A DNA stretch of 59,631 nt, taken from positions 1 through 59,631 of the forward strand of contig SDNW01000003.1 of assembly GCA_004524725.1 (NCBI GenBank), written 5' to 3'. This DNA is from Promethearchaeota archaeon (GTDB lineage Archaea; Asgardarchaeota; Lokiarchaeia; Sigyniarchaeales; SOKP01). Of the stretch, positions 1 to 8,646 are shown piece by piece (the first letter of the stretch is position 1; the number at the start of each line of letters is the position of its first letter). The translations under genes and the position numbers were made by a program. A model generated the notes under the pieces. The model ran no database searches, was not told where the DNA came from, and worked only from the letters and a program-made list of their open reading frames with translations.

Positions 1-4
1 AAAA

Positions 5-1078
5 TTGAAAAATGATCTATTAAAGAAATCTGCCAATATTGAAGATAATAGCCGGAGAATTTTATTTATTCTTCGAAACTTAGGTCCCCAAAGATTTACC
101 AATTTGGTAAAATATTCTAATTTAAGTCGATCCACAGTTTCTAAATATTTAAAGTTGCATACTAAAAACGAAAACATTGAACAGAAATTAATTACTGACA
201 AAAACAGCAATAATCAATATCAGGGATATGTTATTACAGATAAAGGAATAGAAGAACTGCGTGAGGGGCCTCTTAGGTTAAAAGATGAGTTATTAATTAT
301 CAATGAACTTAAGGAAAATGTCAGAAAGCTTGAAGTACTCATAGATTTTTATAAAAAGATTAATCTTGAGGATCCATTTATTATTCACATCATAAGAATT
401 GTATCCAAAATAGGAGATAACTTTTTTGAATTACAACAAGATAGAGATTTGTTCCTATCTGTATTTTATATTTTTTACAACTCTATACTTGGTCAAGGAG
501 CCTTAGCGAATAAATACTGGCGTTTTGATAAAGAAGGAACTCAACAATTTAAGGGTTATAAATTAAATATTGATCAATTTTGCAAACTCTTCAAAGTGCG
601 AAAAGAAGCGATAAATTACTTGGCAAGAGTAAAATTAATCCAAAGCGATTTTGGATTCTATTTGATTAAACGTCAAAACAATGATTTTTACTTTCACGAA
701 GAGGATTTGCTTGGAACTACAACATTAAGACTAATAAGAGATAGATTGTTTGATGAAATAATTATTCTCCAGGAAGGGATCTCCGATACGAATTTTGACT
801 TAGATATAATGTCTGAGGAAATAGTAGAACAATTAAGTGAAATGGGCTTGATTTGGAGTGCGATTAAATACCAATTTCAGTTATTACTGGTAAATTTAAT
901 TGTAAAGAGTGCAATCGATATGGGCTTTTTAGAAATAGAACGTGAAAAATTAATGGAGGGTATTGTGCAGTCAAAAATGCTTATATCCTCTGAAGAGGGT
1001 AAAATATTGCTGGAATCAATAGAAGAAGGGAAATTTTTTAATGTTAATTTAAATATTCTTACAGAACAAGACGTTTAA
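5..1078 (+). CDS. Winged-helix (ArsR/MarR-like) DNA-binding domain protein with a large uncharacterised C-terminal region
   Basis: 357-aa ORF with a TTG start 4 nt from the window edge, so the true start may lie upstream. The N-terminal RRILFILRNLGPQRFTNLVKYSNLSRSTVSKYLKLH resembles a wHTH module. I recognise no motif in the rest. Confidence 0.5.
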   Translation: MKNDLLKKSANIEDNSRRILFILRNLGPQRFTNLVKYSNLSRSTVSKYLKLHTKNENIEQKLITDKNSNNQYQGYVITDKGIEELREGPLRLKDELLIINELKENVRKLEVLIDFYKKINLEDPFIIHIIRIVSKIGDNFFELQQDRDLFLSVFYIFYNSILGQGALANKYWRFDKEGTQQFKGYKLNIDQFCKLFKVRKEAINYLARVKLIQSDFGFYLIKRQNNDFYFHEEDLLGTTTLRLIRDRLFDEIIILQEGISDTNFDLDIMSEEIVEQLSEMGLIWSAIKYQFQLLLVNLIVKSAIDMGFLEIEREKLMEGIVQSKMLISSEEGKILLESIEEGKFFNVNLNILTEQDV

Positions 1079-1420
1079 ATGAAAATTGAATCATAAATGT
1101 AAAAAAAATTTCAATAAGAGTTAAGGGAATATAAGATTTTCATCGTATATCATGATATAATCAGAGTCTAACCAACTGGACCATGTTCCTTGAATATTTT
1201 TTATTCTCAATCTGAGGCTGTATACGACATCAACGTTCCAGTTATGGGAAACCGTAATACTACTCCCAGAGGGATAGAATTGGGCTAAAATTTAAAATCT
1301 TAATTACATACAGAGAATAGAATAAATTTTACTTTTTCGGCTGAAACCTACATTTTCTTTATTGATTGAATGATATATACGAAAATGAGTTTTTAACTAA
1401 AATTTTATAATTTCTTAAAA

Positions 1421-2656
1421 ATGAGGAGTCTTATGGTCAAAAGTATTATCGCAATTCAAAAAATTGTAAATGATGACGTAAAAACTGCAGTATTCACCTC
1501 TCTTGAAATGATTAATGCAAAAAAATTAATGACACGAGAAGGATTAACAGTGGTCTTAAAACCTAATTTATTGATGGGAAAACCTCCTGAAAGGGCAGTA
1601 AATACGCATCCTGAAATTGTACGTTCGGTGATTCATTGGGTGAAGCAATTTAATCCATCAAAAATTTTTGTTTGTGATTCTTCTGGGGGTCAAAAACCAG
1701 GCGTTACAGAGGCGGCAATGCGTCAGAGTGGAATTGATGCAATATGTGACGAGGAGGGTGTGGAATGCATTCCATTTGAAAAAACAGAAAGAGTTATTTA
1801 TACGGTTGAAAATCCACTCGAGATAAATGAATTTTCAAGCTCTTATCTATTAAAAAAGGCAGATCTCATTATCAATCTTCCGAAGATTAAAACGCATGGG
1901 CAATGTAAACTTACATGCTGCATTAAAAATATGTTTGGAACAGTACTACTCGCAAATAAACCTAAGACTCACGCTCAAGCAGCAACTCTGGATCGATTCA
2001 CTTCAGCTTTGGTGGATATATATTCTGTCTCGAAACCCCAGTTAACTATTATAGATGGTTATTATGGTATGGAGGGTCAAGGACCTTCTAGTGGTATCCC
2101 AGTAAAAATGAATCTAGTTTTAGCGGGTTATGATGGAGTTGCCTTAGATAGGATGGTATGTGAGATAGTTGGATTTGATCCCTCTGAAGTGCTCTATTTA
2201 ACTAAAGCTGAAAAGAAGGGATTAGGTATTAATAATCTTTCCCAAATTGAGTGTATAGGGGAAAATATTGAGCAAGTAAAAAGAAAATTTAAACCTCCAA
2301 AGATCAGACCCGTTTCGATGCCTTTACCAAAATGGCTTGCAAATTATATAGGAAAGACAATCTTTAGAGCAAGGGTTAAATTCAACCGAGATAAATGTAA
2401 GTTATGCTCTACTTGTTGGACTAATTGTCCAGTTAACGCGATCTCTGCCCCAGAAATCATCAAAAAAGGAAATATTCCTAAGTGGAATAAAGATAAATGC
2501 ATTACATGCTTTTGTTGTGTTGAACTCTGCCCTTATGAGGCAGTAAATTTCAAGATCAATTATGTAAGAAATGCGCTGTTCTCTTGGCTTAGTGTAGGAT
2601 TTGTTGGAATCATGATTGTAATAACATTAATTATATTATTATTAATTCAACTATAG
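1421..2656 (+). CDS. DUF362-family protein with a C-terminal 2x[4Fe-4S] ferredoxin domain and a TM tail
   Basis: VVLKPNLL...PERAVNTHPEIV is typical of DUF362. Two CxxCxxCxxxCP clusters are present (CKLCSTCWTNCP, CITCFCCVELCP). The C-terminus is hydrophobic. An AGGAG 4 nt upstream of the second ATG (1433) suggests that may be the true start. Confidence 0.75.
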   Translation: MRSLMVKSIIAIQKIVNDDVKTAVFTSLEMINAKKLMTREGLTVVLKPNLLMGKPPERAVNTHPEIVRSVIHWVKQFNPSKIFVCDSSGGQKPGVTEAAMRQSGIDAICDEEGVECIPFEKTERVIYTVENPLEINEFSSSYLLKKADLIINLPKIKTHGQCKLTCCIKNMFGTVLLANKPKTHAQAATLDRFTSALVDIYSVSKPQLTIIDGYYGMEGQGPSSGIPVKMNLVLAGYDGVALDRMVCEIVGFDPSEVLYLTKAEKKGLGINNLSQIECIGENIEQVKRKFKPPKIRPVSMPLPKWLANYIGKTIFRARVKFNRDKCKLCSTCWTNCPVNAISAPEIIKKGNIPKWNKDKCITCFCCVELCPYEAVNFKINYVRNALFSWLSVGFVGIMIVITLIILLLIQL

Positions 2657-2661
2657 GGAGG
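2656..2661 (+). promoter_or_regulatory. Shine-Dalgarno-like GGGAGG 7 nt upstream of the ATG at 2669
   Basis: GGGAGG overlaps the stop codon of the DUF362 gene and has a 7-nt spacer to the ATG. It is complementary to the conserved archaeal 16S 3' end (CCUCC). Confidence 0.4.
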
Positions 2662-2668
2662 CAATATC

Positions 2669-2854
2669 ATGGCGTGGGGCGGTTCTTTAAACAGAGATGG
2701 TTCTGATTACATTCGAAAATTAAAAGAAGTGGAAAAAATATTGCATTTTTTGGAATCATTCCAAAAACGTCTAAAAAATGAAGAAAAAGAAAAAGTTATT
2801 GAAGTAATAGAGATCATTACTAATAATTTCAAAAATTTGTTTGAAAGTGAATGA
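2669..2854 (+). CDS. Small hypothetical protein (61 aa, helical, K/E-rich)
   Basis: ORF preceded by a good SD and tightly coupled to the upstream gene. No recognisable motif. Confidence 0.35.
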   Translation: MAWGGSLNRDGSDYIRKLKEVEKILHFLESFQKRLKNEEKEKVIEVIEIITNNFKNLFESE

Positions 2855-2860
2855 GGTCTA

Positions 2861-3457
2861 CTAAAGCAGATCAATCAACTTCTTTATCACTTCAATAACC
2901 TTATCGGCTGATCTTTGTACGGTATCTGTCAAGTGAATTTCAAAAAATGGCAAATCGATATTTTTATCTAACTCTTCTAAACTCAATTCATTGTTTCTAA
3001 ATTGACGGAGCTCAGTAAATCCTTCTAGACTTTGAGGTACAAAACCAATCATAAAAACTTCTAGATTCTGTATTTGATTCACTAATAAATCAATTACAAT
3101 ATGAATTGGAATTGTATGTGAAGAAATAGGGATGTAATTGCTCATGTTTTCACGTTCAAGGATACTTATAGTACCTGGTTCCTTTTTTAAAGTACATGTA
3201 TCAATGAGAACCAAATGGGATGGCTTAAAATTCACGATATCATCTATTCTTGCCATAGGATCAATACCCGCATTTATAAAAAGAAATTTTTGATTGGTTA
3301 AATGAAGTAGTTTGCTGATAATATAGGGACCAACCCCATCATCCGTCAATTTCTCTTCTCCTATTCCCATAAAGACAATCTTTGAAGCATCTTTAACCTT
3401 TGCAAGGATTCTCTTAAATATTTCTTCCATCCCTTTTTTAGGAATTAAACATCCCAA
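2861..3457 (-). CDS. Hydrogenase maturation endopeptidase-like protein (HycI/HyaD family)
   Basis: FMGIGEEKLTDDGVGPYI matches the GIGN..xDDGxG N-terminal motif. LVLIDT and SSHTIP fit the downstream Asp/His metal-ligand regions. The size (198 aa) is slightly long for the family. Confidence 0.55.
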   Translation of the reverse strand: MGCLIPKKGMEEIFKRILAKVKDASKIVFMGIGEEKLTDDGVGPYIISKLLHLTNQKFLFINAGIDPMARIDDIVNFKPSHLVLIDTCTLKKEPGTISILERENMSNYIPISSHTIPIHIVIDLLVNQIQNLEVFMIGFVPQSLEGFTELRQFRNNELSLEELDKNIDLPFFEIHLTDTVQRSADKVIEVIKKLIDLL

Positions 3458-3563
3458 ATTAATTTTAAGTTATTTCAAACACCATTATATCTTTTTTTAA
3501 TAAAGATTATATTCATGAGAAAATCAAGGAAAATCTTTTATTCTACTATAGGTTGATTTATTT

Positions 3564-4445
3564 ATGTTATTAAAGGGAAAAAATGTTATAATTACCGGCG
3601 CGGGAAGAGGTATCGGAAGAGCAATTGCGATCGCTTGTGCAGAAGAAGGCGCGAATTTAGGATTAGTCTCACGGACTATGGAGGAAATAAACCAAACTAA
3701 AGAGATTATCCAATCTAAGGGCTTTCCTTCAAAAGTGGTTATAAAGGTGGCAGATGTCACGAATTATGATGTTTTATCAAAAGTATTTAAGGAATTCTAT
3801 GAAGAATTAGGACCATTTAACGGAGTTATTGCAAACGCGGGATATTCTCGCATGTGGGCTACTCATGAATTCATTAACGAGAAGTTTTCCGAGATTTTAG
3901 ATACAAATGTTTTAGGAGTGTTTTATACTTTTAAAGCTGCTTATGGCTTGATGAAGAAGGATGATAAAAAGGATAAGGCACGTTTTATAATAACAGGTAG
4001 CGAGGCCTACCCCAATGCTCCTCCAAGACTAACTGCCTATGTTGCTAGTAAATATGCTGTGGTTGGTATGCAAAAGGCAATGGCTTCAGAATATAAAAGA
4101 GAGAACATCAATTTTAATATGATCCTCCCAACCCAAGTAGATACGCGTCTATTACGAGGAAAAAAGGCGGGGGATGGTAATAAAGCTGATCATGTATTAG
4201 ATCCATCGGATTTAAATGAATACTACTTATTTTTACTTAGTGATTACGCGAATCGCGTTGATGATATATTAATTTTTACTTTCGACATTAAGGAAACAAA
4301 GAAACTTCTACTGGACGCTCCAGACGACAAAAAGGAAAGTTGGGATAATTTTCAAGATTATTTAAAGAAGGAATCGCCAGAACTTTATGAAAAGGTTAAA
4401 AACCTAGGAAAATTAATTAATTTCATAATTTCCAGAGAAAAATGA
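3564..4445 (+). CDS. Short-chain dehydrogenase/reductase (SDR) family oxidoreductase
   Basis: TGAGRGIGRAIA Rossmann motif (TGxxxGxG), NAG motif (IANAGY) and catalytic YxxxK (YVASK). Confidence 0.85.
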   Translation: MLLKGKNVIITGAGRGIGRAIAIACAEEGANLGLVSRTMEEINQTKEIIQSKGFPSKVVIKVADVTNYDVLSKVFKEFYEELGPFNGVIANAGYSRMWATHEFINEKFSEILDTNVLGVFYTFKAAYGLMKKDDKKDKARFIITGSEAYPNAPPRLTAYVASKYAVVGMQKAMASEYKRENINFNMILPTQVDTRLLRGKKAGDGNKADHVLDPSDLNEYYLFLLSDYANRVDDILIFTFDIKETKKLLLDAPDDKKESWDNFQDYLKKESPELYEKVKNLGKLINFIISREK

Positions 4446-4517
4446 TATCCTAAAATCGCCTTCTATTCCCAATATGATTAAATTCATTAGAAATGGATGA
4501 TTATGTATTAGAAGAAG

Positions 4518-5135
4518 ATGACTGAAAAAGCGAATGAAAACAGCGAAAAAACCCAGTTTGAAGGTGTTATTGAAAAAGAGAAAGTGATAGTTTCCGACAA
4601 GAATGCAATCGAAGAGTTTTACAATGGCTCGTATATCGGAAGTTTAGAAGAATCAGAGAATAGTGCACCGAAATTAGTTTTAGATCCAATAGAAGTTCTT
4701 TTGTTATCTGAACGCAACAGAATTTTATTATGGAAGGATAATGATCACAACGAACCATTATGTGACTTTGAACGATTATTAACTTATTTTACTCAATTTG
4801 ATCGCCGATTATGGCAAAAATATATTATTTATATGGATTTACGGAAGCGAGGATATATCGTGAGACCTGGATATGGAGAGGGCATCGATTTTCTTGTATA
4901 TAAGCGGGGATCTGATTTTGAAAAAGATTCTGCCAAATATTTGATTTATCCGGTCTTTGAAGGAGATCCCGTCGAGTTGAAAGAATTAGATCGAATGTCG
5001 CGAGTAGCTCTTAGTTCCCGAAAGGATTTAATTATAGCAACGGTCGATAGATTGAGTAAGCCAATTTATTATAGTGTAAACAAATTTGAGATAATTAATA
5101 AAGTTAATTTGAATGGAGAAAAATATGCCCGATAG
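4518..5135 (+). CDS. endA: tRNA-splicing (intron) endonuclease EndA homologue
   Basis: YMDLRKRGYIVRPGYGEGIDFLVYKRG...KYLIYPV...SSRKDLIIATVD...IYYSV aligns without gaps with the C-terminal catalytic domain of archaeal EndA. The Tyr and Lys of the catalytic triad are present, but the His position holds Ser (see findings). Confidence 0.7.
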   Translation: MTEKANENSEKTQFEGVIEKEKVIVSDKNAIEEFYNGSYIGSLEESENSAPKLVLDPIEVLLLSERNRILLWKDNDHNEPLCDFERLLTYFTQFDRRLWQKYIIYMDLRKRGYIVRPGYGEGIDFLVYKRGSDFEKDSAKYLIYPVFEGDPVELKELDRMSRVALSSRKDLIIATVDRLSKPIYYSVNKFEIINKVNLNGEKYAR

Positions 5136-6777
5136 ATTTGCTTGCGATACATCTGTTATATTCAATGGACTTATTATTAATTTAATAGAGGATGGTGAAT
5201 TGGGAGACCATCCTGAAATATTTATCTCGAATATAGTTGTTGCGGAGGTTGAATATCGCACAAATATTCAAAAAGAAATCGGGTTTTATGGATTGAATGT
5301 TTTAAAAAAGCTTCGCCAATTCCATAATGAGGGAGATATTACACTTCATGTTATCGGCCATCGACCAACTCGAGAGGAAATAAAAATGGCTCCCGGAGGA
5401 GAATTAGATGCATTGATTAGAGAAAGTGCGAGAGATAATAGAGCAATTTTGATCACTGCCGATAAAATCCAAGGTGACGTAGGAATTTTTGAGGGAATTG
5501 AAGTGATGTTGGTAAAGGAAAAAGTGATACATCAGGAAAATACACCAACTGCTCTAAAGATAATGAGTTTTTTTGATGATGAGACTATGAGCATTCACCT
5601 TAAACGAGGATTACCGGCCTATGCAAAAAAAGGAAGCCCTGGAAACTGGTATATGGAGCAAATTGGTGATGAAATTATTGATAAGAAAAAAATTGAAGAA
5701 ATTGCAATTGAGATCGTAGAATATGTGCGAGAAGATCCACACTCGTTCGTAGAAATAGAAAAGTTTGGTGCGGTGGTCACCCAATTACGAGATTTACGTA
5801 TCGTTATTACCAGACCACCTTTTTCTAATGATGTTGAAATTACAGCGGTTAAACCTCTTGTTCACCTAACCTTAGAAGATTATTCGCTTGATAAGAGGAT
5901 AAGGAATCGATTGGAAAAAGCGGAAGGAATTTTAGTTTCTGGTTCTCCAGGAGCGGGGAAAAGCACTTTTTCCGCAGCATTGGCAAATTATTATTCCGAA
6001 AAAAATAAAATTGTAAAAACCTTAGAAAGTGTTAGGGATTTACAGGTAAATCCGAATATTACTCAATATACTAAACTTGAGGGGAGTTTGGAAAAATCAG
6101 CAGATATTCTTTTACTTGTAAGACCAGATTTCACAATTTTCGATGAAGTACGAACAACCAAAGATTTCCAAATTTTTGCTGACTTCAGATTATCCGGAGT
6201 GGGTATGGTGGGAGTTGTACACTCATCATCGGCTATTGATGCCGTTCAAAGATTTATAGGCCGTATTGAATTGGGAATGCTTCCTTCGATAATCGATACT
6301 ATAATTTTTATTGAAAATGGTGATGTTTCCACCGTACTTTCATTAAAGATGACAGTCAAGGTTCCATATGGTTTTCGAGATAAAGACTTAGCAAGACCTG
6401 TAATAGAAGTAAGAGATTATTTAACTAAGAAATTAGAATATGAAATGTATTCTTTCGGACAAGATATTGTGGTCAATCCTATCAACCCCTCAAAAGTAAA
6501 ATCGAATAGAAGAAGATCTGAGTTAAGTCTCGACAAATGGCAAAATGGTAGTAAGAAAATTTCCTTAGATATAATCGAATTTAAGAAAAAACTGGTTATT
6601 CGTGCTGATGAAGAGTATGCAAGTAGAAATATTAACGTATATGCAGATAATGATATTATATTTAGTGGTTCTTTGAGTAGAAATGCTGAGATTTCTCTAT
6701 CATTGAATAATCGAGAGGCAAAACGAGTTCTAAAGGAAACTCAGAGAAATTCTAATATTTATGGGATTCTGAAATAA
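5113..6777 (+). CDS. PIN-domain / P-loop ATPase (archaeal PilT-N/PhoH-like ATPase family)
   Basis: N-terminal PIN-like segment (FACDTSVI...ITADK), Walker A GSPGAGKST and Walker B-like IFDEV. It overlaps the endA 3' end by 23 nt, and an alternative ATG lies at 5125. Confidence 0.65.
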   Translation: MEKNMPDRFACDTSVIFNGLIINLIEDGELGDHPEIFISNIVVAEVEYRTNIQKEIGFYGLNVLKKLRQFHNEGDITLHVIGHRPTREEIKMAPGGELDALIRESARDNRAILITADKIQGDVGIFEGIEVMLVKEKVIHQENTPTALKIMSFFDDETMSIHLKRGLPAYAKKGSPGNWYMEQIGDEIIDKKKIEEIAIEIVEYVREDPHSFVEIEKFGAVVTQLRDLRIVITRPPFSNDVEITAVKPLVHLTLEDYSLDKRIRNRLEKAEGILVSGSPGAGKSTFSAALANYYSEKNKIVKTLESVRDLQVNPNITQYTKLEGSLEKSADILLLVRPDFTIFDEVRTTKDFQIFADFRLSGVGMVGVVHSSSAIDAVQRFIGRIELGMLPSIIDTIIFIENGDVSTVLSLKMTVKVPYGFRDKDLARPVIEVRDYLTKKLEYEMYSFGQDIVVNPINPSKVKSNRRRSELSLDKWQNGSKKISLDIIEFKKKLVIRADEEYASRNINVYADNDIIFSGSLSRNAEISLSLNNREAKRVLKETQRNSNIYGILK

Positions 6778-6827
6778 TAAGTTTCTGCTTCATAAATTGA
6801 AATGATTAGTGGAAGAAAAAATAAAAA

Positions 6828-7514
6828 TTATCCTTTATAGTCTTCCTCTAAATTTAAGACAACAAAATTATCCATTATGAAAAAGACATACTTAATATTT
6901 TTCAAATTCTTTAAGGATAGCCCAAATTCACTCAAATATAATCCTGATCGCAAAATTCCATTTAATGCTAGTAAAACAATCAAAGATGTGAGTGACAAGA
7001 AAAAATAAAAATCAACAAAATATATAGCTAAAACTATCGCGATTAAAGTTGCAAAACCTATAATAATATTTGCTTTTCTATAAAATGGGGAATATACTTC
7101 TATTATGAAGCCTTTTAAGATAGCTGCTAATCCTATAAAAACCATGAATATTGCCAAGAAATAAACTATATAACTAATTGATACTTGAGGATGGGAAAAA
7201 AATAACCAAATGACGAATGTTGATAGACCTATATAAAAAATTCCTAAAATTAATCTAAATATACGGGTTTTTGCATTATTATACTTCTTCTTTTTAGCTA
7301 CTCTATAGATGTAGACAGCACCATGTAAGAATAGAGAGACAAAGGGAAATATCATCAGAGACATATAAGTAAGTAGCCTAAAAAACAAAAGCAAAAATAC
7401 AATACCGATTATTAAGCTTATTGAGACTATATTGTCACATCTTAGCTTTCCCTTATCTATTAATTCTTTATAATCCATGATAAAAATTAGTTGTTTTAAT
7501 ATTATATCTAGCAA
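6828..7514 (-). CDS. Multi-pass integral membrane protein, function unknown
   Basis: About 6 hydrophobic helices and no catalytic motif. The start is uncertain; an internal Met (MDYKELI) is possible. Confidence 0.5.
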   Translation of the reverse strand: MLDIILKQLIFIMDYKELIDKGKLRCDNIVSISLIIGIVFLLLFFRLLTYMSLMIFPFVSLFLHGAVYIYRVAKKKKYNNAKTRIFRLILGIFYIGLSTFVIWLFFSHPQVSISYIVYFLAIFMVFIGLAAILKGFIIEVYSPFYRKANIIIGFATLIAIVLAIYFVDFYFFLSLTSLIVLLALNGILRSGLYLSEFGLSLKNLKNIKYVFFIMDNFVVLNLEEDYKG

Positions 7515-7545
7515 GGAAATTTATATATTTTTTTATTTAATTAAT

Positions 7546-8568
7546 CTATTTAAAACGAATTCTTGGATCTAAAAATCCGTTAATTATATCTGCTAAAAAG
7601 TTAAAAGAAATAACAACCACGCCAATCACAAAGATAAAAGCTACAATTACTGAATAATCCTTGTATCTTATAGCTTCTCTAAATATATATCCAAACCCTA
7701 CAAAACTATACGCTACCTCAACTGCAATCATTCCTCCTAAAACTATCGGAAAACCCATGGCTGATATCGTGATTATAGGAGGCATCGCAAGCTTCATAGC
7801 GTGTTTTCTTATTATTTTTCGATTAGATAAACCTTTAGCTTTTGCAGTCCTTATACAGTCCATTTGTATTATTTCTAAAAGGCTGGATCGGGTTTGTCTA
7901 ATTATGGCAACCATCTGAACAATCGTCATTGTAGAAATTGGAATAATTAAGTGCCATAATAAATCAGTGAATATATACCACTCACCAGCAATAAATGAAT
8001 CGAATAATGGAAATCCTGTAATGAAAGTTGGATCTGGATAATAAACTGTTTTATATCCATAAAGTGGAAAAATTTTGAAGGGCGTATTAATGTAGATTAG
8101 CACAAAAAAAACAATAATTACAAATGCAGGGATAGATATTACGAAATATGTTAGAATTCTTATGAGATAATCCCAAATAGAGTTAACCTTTCTTGCGGAT
8201 ATTTTACCAAACATTATTCCTAACCCAATCGCCAAGAACATACTAATAATCATAACTTCTAATGATCGAGGTAAATAAAATGCAACTAACGTCCATACTT
8301 CGGCATCTATTGCTACAGAATAGGAAAAACCCCAGTTCCCTGTTAAAAGATCACCTACAAACACAATCAATTGATATAAGACTGGTTTATCAAGTCCTAA
8401 CCTTGCTCGTTCTTCATAATAATCTTGAAGAGTCGCTTTTGGAGATAATCTAAACCAGACGGGATCACCTGGTAAAGCACGTGAAAGAATAAATATGATA
8501 ATTATAAGTCCAAATATACAAACAAGTGAGATCAGTAATCTACGAATAGTATATTTAAGTAATCCCAT
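7546..8568 (-). CDS. ABC transporter permease, Opp/Dpp B-type (peptide/nickel family)
   Basis: The N-terminus MGLLKYTIRRLL...LPGDPV is diagnostic of OppB/DppB-type permeases. An EAA-like loop (IRTAKAKGLSNRKIIRKHAMK) is present. Confidence 0.85.
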   Translation of the reverse strand: MGLLKYTIRRLLISLVCIFGLIIIIFILSRALPGDPVWFRLSPKATLQDYYEERARLGLDKPVLYQLIVFVGDLLTGNWGFSYSVAIDAEVWTLVAFYLPRSLEVMIISMFLAIGLGIMFGKISARKVNSIWDYLIRILTYFVISIPAFVIIVFFVLIYINTPFKIFPLYGYKTVYYPDPTFITGFPLFDSFIAGEWYIFTDLLWHLIIPISTMTIVQMVAIIRQTRSSLLEIIQMDCIRTAKAKGLSNRKIIRKHAMKLAMPPIITISAMGFPIVLGGMIAVEVAYSFVGFGYIFREAIRYKDYSVIVAFIFVIGVVVISFNFLADIINGFLDPRIRFK

Positions 8569-8646
8569 AATGAAAATTTATTATTGAATACAAAAAAAGA
8601 TTATTAAAAATCTATTTTGATTATAAGTAATCAATGACTTAATTGA

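Noticed and set aside
1155-1200. tRNA or tRNA half on the minus strand (AGGAACATGGTCCAGTTGGTTAGACTCTGATTATATCATG resembles an acceptor plus D-arm)
   Set aside because: I could not fold a cloverleaf. U8/A14 are wrong for the best D-stem register. The would-be anticodon stem (TGATT / GATAT) does not pair. No GTTCRANYC T-arm or matching 3' acceptor strand occurs nearby. At most it is a tRNA-like fragment, and it is kept only as part of the low-interest ncRNA candidate.
1140-1240. C/D-box sRNA (TGATGT ... CTGA on the minus strand; ATGATAT ... CTGA on the plus strand)
   Set aside because: The box sequences are imperfect and the spacing fails. One guide would be 12 nt but the other about 39 nt. 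No terminal stem is present.
3524-3760. 78-aa minus-strand ORF overlapping the SDR gene
   Set aside because: It is antisense to a motif-rich, clearly real CDS, and its sequence is low-complexity hydrophobic. It is a shadow ORF. The same reasoning applies to 4567..4758, 5028..5261, 7661..7918, 8262..8453, 9018..9296, 9138..9353, 10971..11207, 11694..11948, 12120..12323, 14408..14602, 14681..14875 and 15773..15994.
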